Positions 1 through 6,962 of a stretch of 6,983 nt of DNA are shown here, piece after piece (position 1 is the first letter of the stretch; the number at the start of each line of letters is the position of its first letter). Under the pieces are notes generated by a model that searched no databases, had not been told where the DNA came from, and saw only the letters and a program-made list of their open reading frames with translations. A program made the translations under genes and the position numbers. The stretch comes from Octopus sinensis (taxonomy: Eukaryota), in NCBI RefSeq assembly GCF_006345805.1, contig NW_021829130.1, positions 1 to 6,983 on the forward strand, in the 5' to 3' direction.

Positions 1-134
1 TATTAAACTAATCAATATAATAATTAGCGAGGTTGTAACTAATCAATATAAATAAATAATATTTTACTAAAATTGGATTCAATCCTAAATCTGATTTTTC
101 CCTGTAAGTTTGGATTTATTCAATAATATTTTAT

Positions 135-308
135 TATATATATATATAATATATATATATATATTTATATACATTATGAATATATACATATCTACACACA
201 CACATATATGTATGTATGTATACACATGCATATGATGTGTGTGTTATATGTCTGTGTGCGCATCAATAAAACAGAAATGTTTAAAAAGTGCATAGACACA
301 CACACACA
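135..308. repeat. Compound microsatellite (AT)n/(AC)n/(ATGT)n
   Basis: Visible TATATA, CACACA and TATGTATG runs with interruptions. Confidence 0.9.
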
Positions 309-444
309 TGTAATTAAATAAGAATAAATATCAGACGTAACCAAAAAACGAAACAGTAACGCACAAAAGGCCATTGAGAATGTCACAGTGGTTTTGGTGA
401 TACATTTGGAAAACTATGTAATAATTAATTAATTTATTGGTAAA

Positions 445-844
445 CTAGCAGTATCGCCCGGCGTTGCTCGGGTTTGTAAGGGAAATAACTATATAAGCAT
501 TTTTAGAGAGTTATAGCCAAAAAATAGCAAAAAAATGCATTAAAAATGCAAAAAAAAATTATCGTAAATTTTTTTTAAATCGTTGACTCATCGTAGGTCT
601 CATCAATTTATTAAGAACATATTCAGTTATCCCTACTAAAACTATTTATTCTAGAGTTTTAACTCTATTGTTACTTCCCTTATATAATAGCGAAAAAAAT
701 GCATTAAAATAGAAATAGATGATGGTAAATGAATCACGACTATAAGATACCCGGTTTTGGTTAAACTGCACCTCAAAATGTGGGAGTAGTTAGGAATCTA
801 AATCGTAGGAGACAGACACACAACTTCACTTTTATATATAAAGA
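445..844 (-). mobile_element. Non-autonomous Helitron, 400 bp
   Basis: On the minus strand it starts TC (844-843) and ends CTAG (448-445). A 16-nt GC-rich hairpin (plus CCCGGC-GTT-GC-T-CGGG, 457-472) lies 8 nt from the CTAG. Removing it rejoins A444|T845, an AT target with no TSD. These are the canonical Helitron hallmarks. No coding capacity. Confidence 0.85.
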
Positions 845-903
845 TCAATAATTGCTCAGTGTGTTATAAGAGTTTACCATAATATTATGGCTCATGAGAT
901 GAT

Positions 904-1052
904 CACAGGCATGGCGAAGTGGTAAAGAAATTCACTCCGTACCCGTGAGGTCTTATGTTTGACTCCATATTAAGGCATGTTGAACAAATATCTTTCACCG
1001 CAATATCGGGTTGACCGAAGACTTTGTGAGTGAAATCAAATCGACAGGAAAA
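904..1052 (+). mobile_element. Decayed tRNA-derived SINE (cephalopod-type)
   Basis: Pol III A box TGGCGAAGTGG (912-922, matches TRGCNNAGYGG) and B-box-like GTTTGACTCC (957-966) at tRNA-like spacing. The body (...GGGTTGACCGAAGACTTTGTGAGTG...) resembles the common octopus SINE core as I recall it. End coordinates are approximate. Confidence 0.7.
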
Positions 1053-1226
1053 CGTCGGATGGATACCAAATGTAATTTAAAGAACCTGCCTCGTCACTCT
1101 TGAAGCAATAATTTGGAATAATGTTAATGATATCAGGGCTATGGGAAACACTCACTAACTTCACCCATTCACTGGGTAAATCATAGAGTTGACTGAAAAT
1201 TTATATATTCCATGGTGTATATATAC

Positions 1227-1338
<112 letters not shown>

Positions 1339-1500
1339 TGGGAGAATTCACAAAAACACAAAAGACAAAGACAATTGGCGTAGAAAACAAACAGATCTAT
1401 TAGTATAACGCTCGGGAATTGCAAAATCTTTAACGTTTTGAGCCTACGCTCTTCTACAGAAAGGAACACAGAAAGAAACAAGGAGAGAAAAAATGTGTGT
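1339..1500 (-). mobile_element. Fragment of a Penelope-like-element-associated interspersed repeat
   Basis: Contains a minimal hammerhead-like motif (1428-1463). A related diverged fragment lies in inverted orientation at 1670-1755. The family assignment is inferred from the known hammerhead/PLE association. Confidence 0.5.
1428..1463 (-). ncRNA. Degenerate minimal type-I hammerhead ribozyme-like motif (probably inactive)
   Basis: Minus strand reads CTTT-CTGTAGA-A-GAGC-GTAG-GCTC-AAA-ACGT-T-AAAG. Stem I is CTTT/AAAG, stem II is GAGC/GCTC and stem III is the palindrome ACGT. The core differs from CUGANGA...GAAA at A6 (U) and G12 (A). Confidence 0.5.
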
Positions 1501-1525
1501 AGTGGCTAGCGATCTATCATGGCGA

Positions 1526-1577
1526 ATATATATATATATATCATACATACATACATACATACATACATACATACATA
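1526..1577 (+). repeat. (AT)n + (CATA)9 microsatellite
   Basis: (AT)n at 1526-1541 followed by nine CATA units at 1542-1577. Confidence 0.95.
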
Positions 1578-1669
1578 ATCATGCATGGCATATGCAATAA
1601 GTTTGCTCCAGAAAGAATGCCAAACCAGTAGAAAAATATAATACTCACGGGTAGGAAGATTCTAATGAG

Positions 1670-1755
1670 AGACTTTCTCACTTTCCTGAGCTTCCAACTA
1701 TTATACTTGCTTGTTGGTCATACACCTGTCTTTGTCTTGTTTTTCTGTAAATTTC
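1670..1755 (+). mobile_element. Second diverged fragment of the 1339-1500 repeat, in inverted orientation
   Basis: Its reverse complement shares AAGACAAAGACA (1362-1373 vs 1727-1738, exact), AGTATAA (1402-1408 vs 1701-1707) and GCTCRGGAA (1410-1418 vs 1683-1691) in collinear order. Confidence 0.6.
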
Positions 1756-1828
1756 ATAAACATATATATAAATACCGGAGTAAACACATAAATGTGAAAC
1801 AAGGTGGAAAAAAGAGTACTCAAATAAA

Positions 1829-1931
1829 AGTTGGATGGCGTCATTTGAAGGCTAAAACAATGCGAAGTGCATTGTGACCAGCGATGTGTAGCAACACCTG
1901 AAAGCCTGGTCGACACGGTGATCACGGTGAT
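1829..1931 (+). mobile_element. Probable 3'-terminal fragment of a SINE/LINE ending in (CACGGTGAT)2
   Basis: A complex, GC-richer block that ends in a 9-bp tandem tail (1914-1931) and runs directly into (AT)n. It resembles a common octopus repeat end from recall. The left boundary is approximate. Confidence 0.4.
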
Positions 1932-1948
1932 ATATGTATGTATATATA

Positions 1949-1983
<35 letters not shown>

Positions 1984-2040
1984 CTATATATATATATTAT
2001 ATAATATATATACATAATAACTATAATGTGTGTATGTATG

Positions 2041-2072
<32 letters not shown>

Positions 2073-2148
2073 TATAATATATATATATAATATGTATATA
2101 TACATGCATACATATATATATATATAGGAATAAAAATTTATATATAGA
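1930..2148. repeat. Compound (AT)n/(AC)n microsatellite
   Basis: Long interrupted TA runs with a CA run at about 2053-2072. Confidence 0.92.
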
Positions 2149-2424
2149 GAAACGAACACAGAAAACAGACAGATCATTCGAAGCCTTTAATCTACAGTCA
2201 GAAACCGGATCATCATAGCAAATTTCGGCTGATTAATTCTGATATTTGCTCCAACGCGGCCAGCCCCAAGGAAAAAACTAAGCTGTGAGCATTAGATTTC
2301 TTGGAAAAAGGAACGAATGTAAACGCAACAGAGACGAATATAAATACAAAAAACGAAAACAAAAATAAAAACAAGAATGGTAATTAACAGGATAACAGCA
2401 GGTGTCTTACGACCTTAGACAAAA

Positions 2425-2443
2425 TGATATATATATATGTATG

Positions 2444-2476
<33 letters not shown>

Positions 2477-2555
2477 AATATATTACATACATACAATACA
2501 TACATACATACATACATACATACATACATACCCATACATATATACTATATATACA
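2425..2555. repeat. Compound (AT)n/(ACAT)n microsatellite
   Basis: TA runs followed by CATA units. Confidence 0.92.
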
Positions 2556-2595
2556 TTAATTAGAGATAAAACCATTATTAGGCAAATCAAACAGT

Positions 2596-2772
2596 GAAAA
2601 ACATAAACCAAACATAAAAATAAAAATAATTAATATAGTATACAAAATATAAAATTTTAAAATTCAAATTATTTAAATTCAAAATTAAAATTATTACTTT
2701 ATATATATAAATATTTTAATTTTTATTTATTTATTTTTGTTTATTTTTTTTATATATTTTATATATATATAT
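2596..2772. repeat. AT-rich low-complexity tract
   Basis: Almost only A/T; A-rich then T-rich, ending in (AT)n. Confidence 0.75.
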
Positions 2773-2992
2773 GAGTAAAACATTGCACTGGAAGACGACT
2801 GCGGAACACACGGAAAAATCACACTCCAGACGTTGATATATTCATCCTCTATTAATTATCGCCCAAACATCATCTTGATTTTTCCCCATTAGATGTAAAC
2901 TATTTTGCTGGAATTTTCATTTTTATTTATATTTTTGTATTGTCTACTACTGAAACACTTATGTGCTTTGTAATACTATACGTCTGTTTCAG

Positions 2993-3032
2993 GAAAGTTT
3001 TTGAAGCCAAATATGGCAAGTTTGCGGCCTTT
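2993..3032 (+). CDS. Candidate 40-nt internal micro-exon of an unidentified host gene
   Basis: Acceptor ...CGTCTGTTTCAG| (AG at 2991-2992) and donor |GTTAGT (3033-3038). Two of three frames are open: (x)KVFEAKYGKFAAF or (x)KFLKPNMASLRP(x). No protein recognised. Confidence 0.3.
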
Positions 3033-3072
3033 GTTAGTTTATCCACTTCAAATAGGATAAATGGAATACATC

Positions 3073-3338
3073 ATGTTTGTATGTGTGTGCGTGTGTGCGT
3101 TTGAGTACGTGCGTGTGTGTGTGTTTGAGTACGTGCGTGTGTTTGTGTGCATGTTTGTATATACATACATATTTATATACGCATACATACATACATGTGC
3201 ATGTATCTGTGAGTATATACGTATACATGGCTATGTAAAAGTGTGCGTATACCTACATATGAAGACACGTACAAACACGCGCAAATGTATAAATGTGCAT
3301 ATATATATATAATATATACATATGTATATATACATATA
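3073..3338. repeat. Degenerate (GT)n/(AT)n/(AC)n tract with a 24-bp duplication
   Basis: Alternating purine-pyrimidine runs; TTTGAGTACGTGCGTGTGT occurs at 3100-3118 and 3124-3142. Confidence 0.85.
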
Positions 3339-3937
3339 TACATACAAACATACATACTTACATTCATTCATACATACATACATACAAATGTACATACATA
3401 CATACATACAACCATACTTACATACATACATACATACAAACATACATACTTACATACATACATCCATACATACATACATTCATACATACATACTTACATA
3501 CATACAAACATACATACTTACATTCATACATACATACAAACGTACATACATACAAGCAAACATACATACATACATACATACATACAAAAATACATACTTA
3601 CATACATACATACAAAAATACATACTTACATACATACATGCAAACATACATACATACATACATAATTACATACATACATACATACATACATACATGCATG
3701 CATACATACATACATACATACATACATACTTACATACATACATACATACATACAAACAAACATACATACGTACATACATACATACATGCATGCAATACAT
3801 ACATACATACATACATACATGCATGCATGCATACATACATACATACATACATACATACATACATACATACATACATGCATGCATACATACATACATACAT
3901 ACATACATACATACATACATACATACATACATACATA
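3339..3937 (+). repeat. ~600-bp interrupted (ACAT)n microsatellite
   Basis: ACAT units with ACAA/ACTT/TCAT/GCAT variants. It produces the spurious HTYI and MYVC ORFs. Confidence 0.97.
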
Positions 3938-4307
3938 GAGTGAGAGAGAGTGGGAGAAAAGACAGAACACAAGAAGACAGAGAGGCACAAAGAGAGAGAA
4001 GGAACAGAAATATGATAGACTATTCTAGTAATCAATATTTTCACCACATTAATTATACCTTTCTCGTTCTCTTATAATATACAAATACTTATTCCAATAA
4101 TACTTCATTGAAGGATGCACTTTAAGGAATTTCGACTAAAGCAGCGAGCTTGCCTGATACTGTCAGATGATAACACATGATCATGCTCAGAAGAAGTATT
4201 TGCTTATATTGTGACCTTCATTTCTTGCCAGTCCGGCATGAAGCCTTTCAAAACTGTATTTAAACCGATAGATATTAAATAGAAGACGGTATATAGATCA
4301 CTAGATT

Positions 4308-4378
<71 letters not shown>

Positions 4379-4446
4379 GGATAGATAGATGATAGATAGA
4401 TAGATAGATAGATAGATATAGATAGAAGATAGATAGATAGATAGAT
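4308..4446 (+). repeat. Interrupted (AGAT)n microsatellite at the 3' flank of the LINE copies
   Basis: GATA/AGAT units with a few variants, abutting AAGTTTCTTTATTG at 4447. Confidence 0.95.
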
Positions 4447-4828
4447 AAGTTTCTTTATTGGCCACACAGGGCTGCACACAGATGGGACAAGTTACAAGGT
4501 AGAGCTTTTCTTTGGGGGATGAAAAAAACAATAAAACAAAAGAACAAAAAAAGGGGGTGGCGTAGGTTTTCGATCAAGAGGGATCGTAAAAGGAAGAAAA
4601 GAACAAAAAAAATTAAAGAAAAAGAAAACATAAAAATTTAAAAAAAGAAGAAAAGGAAAAGGAACAAAAGAAAAGAGAAATGAAAAAAGAAGAAAAAAGG
4701 GAAAAAAAGGGGAAGAGGAAAAAAAACGATCAATAGGGATCGTGTATCACAGTGTTATGATATATGGTGTAAAGGGGAAAGCAAGTAAGGTTTATCCGTG
4801 GGAAGAAAAGCCTACGAAAAAGACCACG
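4447..4828 (-). mobile_element. Short, heavily 5'-truncated copy (3' UTR only) of the Tx1/L1-type LINE
   Basis: Collinear with 4837-5194 from AAGTTTCTTTATTGGCCACACAGG to CCTACGAAAAAGACCACG. Differences are mostly indels in A/G runs. Separated from the long copy by AGATAGAT (4829-4836). Confidence 0.8.
4454..4459 (-). promoter_or_regulatory. AATAAA polyadenylation-signal-like hexamer at the 3' end of the short copy
   Basis: Plus TTTATT, 7 nt before the (ATCT)n tract on the element strand. Confidence 0.5.
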
Positions 4829-4836
4829 AGATAGAT

Positions 4837-6797
4837 AAGTTTCTTTATTGGCCACACAGGGCTGCACACAGATGAGACAAGTTACAAGGTAGAGCTTTTC
4901 TTTTGGAGGAAGAAAAAAAGGGGGTGGCGTAGGTTTTCGATCAAGAGGGATCGTAAAAGGGAAAAAAAGAACAAAAAAAATCAAAAAAACAAATAGAATG
5001 AAAATAAAAAGAATAAAAGAAAAAAAGGGAAAAGGAACAAAAGAAAGAGAAATGAAAAAAGAAGAAAAAGGGAAAAAGGGAAGAGGAAAAAAAAGAACGA
5101 TCAATAGGGATCGTGTATCACAGTGTTATGATATATGTGTAAAGGGGAAAGCAGTAAGGTTTATCCGGAAGAAAAGCCTACGAAAAAGACCACGGTAACT
5201 TGGTCAATATTGTTATATGTTACCACATTTGTTTGCAAGTGGGTAACCCTCTGTTTTCAATTTCTGGGTTTCATAGGATTATGCTCAAGGTGGCTTCGTC
5301 ATTCATACGTGCCATCCTTGCTACATTCACCCATCTTTTTTTAAAACATTCGCTAGAAAAACTTGCCTCTCTACTCTCACTTTCCTTTTCAAGTGGTACT
5401 GAAGAAGTTGATGAGAGATTGACCAGAGAGGAAAGTTTTGTCTCCAATCCTTTCAGACGCGTCCACCAGATACATTCTTTCGCCATAGCCACAAGGATGA
5501 TGAAAATAGCTCTTCCTTCCCGTTTGAAGGAAGGAGGCGTGACAATATTGACGATAGACTCAGCTGATAACCGACTCGTCCCACACGTGACAGCAGTTGT
5601 TCGACACAGCCCACAGGTCGGAAATTGTTGGACACTGCACGAGTGCGTGCAGAATGGTTTCGTCGCTCTGACCGCATCTCGGGCAGGTCGGCCCCGTGTT
5701 TCTCGAGCCGTGTCTGTAGAGCTTATCCCGAACGGGTAGCGCTTCTCGGTAACACTGCCAGGCCAGAGATCTCTGGAAGTTGTCCATGGGCCCTGCCCGA
5801 AAGTCGTCCTGAACAGGCGGGTCAGGTACTCCTCGTCGACGTCCAGGTTCGCCCCGAGCTCGTCGTCGTACCTCCCCTCCACTAATCCCCTATAGAATGC
5901 TTTGGTTGTGTTGAAGCACTCAAAGTCGACCCAGGACGGCAGAGTGCTTGAGAGCAACGCGACACTCGCGGTGCCATTCGCCCTTCCTCGCCTCTTTTTG
6001 ATCCACGACTGCAGTTCGGTCATGAGACGAGCTGCGGAAAGCGTGCCTCACAAACGGCGACCACACCTGTTCACGTCGTCTACATAGAGCCAGAGATGTC
6101 GCAATCTCAGCGCGTGTCTGCGCATCATCAACCACGGCATGCCCAGCCCTCCTTTTAACGGGTGTTGACAGCAAATGGATCGCCTGACCATCGGGACGCA
6201 TCCTTTCCACAAGAAGCGAAAGAGAATACGTTGTAGTTTGGTGATGGTAGGTTCGGGACAAGGTACGACGGAGGCGCTGGTGGACGGCATGGGCTTGCTT
6301 CTCCAGGTGCCTAGTTGCAAGCCCACTGACTTTTCCTGGTTGATTTTCGCTCCTGTCACCGCTTCGTAGTTTTCCAGTGTCTCGCCGACCTGCTCGATGT
6401 GCTCGGGCTAGACACTATGACGGTGACGTCGTCCGCGTATGCAGACACGCTCGTCCCGCATCCAGTTCTCGCGGATGCCCCTCAAAGTTGCCAGCTTCCG
6501 CATAATGGCTCGAGAGTCAATACGTATAGAAGCGACGAGAGGGGGCATCCCTGACGGACCGAACGTGCGATGTCGAAGGGTCTCGATAGATGTCCATTCA
6601 CGCGAATTACGAACGGATGCCTCTGTACAAAGCGGCTATCCAGCCGCGGAAGACGGGACCGAAGCCAGCCGCTCTGAGGACCGCCTATGGTCTACCCTAT
6701 CGAAAGCTTTCGATTGATCCAAATTGATCAGCGCCCCACCCATGCCAGGTTCGTTAACTACCCTGTCTATGATGTAGCGCATCAGGTGGAGGTTGTC
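4837..6797 (-). mobile_element. 5'-truncated non-LTR retrotransposon, L1/Tx1 type (RT, C-terminal CCHC, 3' UTR)
   Basis: Minus-strand translation gives [22 protein letters not shown] ([11 protein letters not shown] at 6687-6719), RQGCPLS (QGCPLS at 6536-6553), YADD (6428-6439), GAKINQEKS, FLWKG...PLKGGLG and C-X2-C-X8-H-X4-C (5632-5685). Stop at 5271-5273. T-rich 3' UTR with AATAAA (4844-4849). The 5' end is cut inside RT, so ORF1 and the endonuclease are absent. The 5' boundary is ambiguous over 6798-6806. Confidence 0.93.
4844..4849 (-). promoter_or_regulatory. AATAAA polyadenylation-signal-like hexamer at the 3' end of the long copy
   Basis: Plus TTTATT, 7 nt before ATCTATCT on the element strand. 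Confidence 0.5.

Positions 6798-6800
<3 letters not shown>
5271..6800 (-). pseudogene. Frameshifted, truncated LINE ORF2 (reverse transcriptase + zf-RVT-like zinc knuckle)
   Basis: One L1/Tx1-like protein can be threaded through the track ORFs 6048-6359, 5920-6261, 5271-6023, 5560-5787 and 5453-5677 plus upstream RT motifs. This needs roughly a dozen frameshifts and one internal deletion near 6264-6269. Confidence 0.9.
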
Positions 6801-6864
<64 letters not shown>

Positions 6865-6865
6865 T

Positions 6866-6904
<39 letters not shown>

Positions 6905-6907
6905 TAG

Positions 6908-6962
<55 letters not shown>

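Noticed and set aside
6-51. 15-bp direct repeat AACTAATCAATATAA (6-20, 37-51)
   Set aside because: Only two AT-rich copies at the window edge. It looks like a small local duplication, not a CRISPR array or a supportable TSD.
192-417. ORF 192-386 (-) and a possible plus-strand exon ending at GTAATA
   Set aside because: The ORF runs into dinucleotide repeats, the acceptors lack a pyrimidine tract, and no protein is recognisable.
1665-1925. ORFs 1665-1877 (+) and 1701-1925 (-)
   Set aside because: They cross unrelated repeat fragments and a TA run, and show no domain motifs.
2170-2424. Complex block between microsatellites, possibly another interspersed repeat or hammerhead (minus-strand TGATGA...CGAA)
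   Set aside because: No termini, stems or coding motifs that I can support from the sequence alone.
2788-2820. CTGGAAGA...CGGAAA, hammerhead-like spacing
   Set aside because: The core has an extra base, and stems I and II do not pair convincingly.
3034-4077. Long ORFs of 120-251 aa (HTYI and MYVC repeats)
   Set aside because: These are stop-free translations of (ACAT)n/(ATGT)n, not genes.
4216-4253. Possible 38-nt minus-strand exon (TACAG|...|GTCACA)
   Set aside because: The donor is weak, the peptide is unrecognisable, and it conflicts in strand with the better candidate at 2993-3032.
4447-5194. Direct repeats read as LTRs of an LTR retrotransposon
   Set aside because: The repeats are adjacent rather than flanking the coding region. 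There are no TG...CA ends, PBS or integrase, and the RT motifs are non-LTR type.
4730-5198. Phe-rich (-) and Lys-rich (+) ORFs
   Set aside because: Compositional artefacts of the T-rich LINE 3' UTR.
5135-6717. Plus-strand ORFs (5135-5344, 5200-5739, 5625-5885, 5902-6087, 6175-6369, 6439-6717)
   Set aside because: Antisense shadows of the GC-richer LINE ORF2, with no independent motifs.
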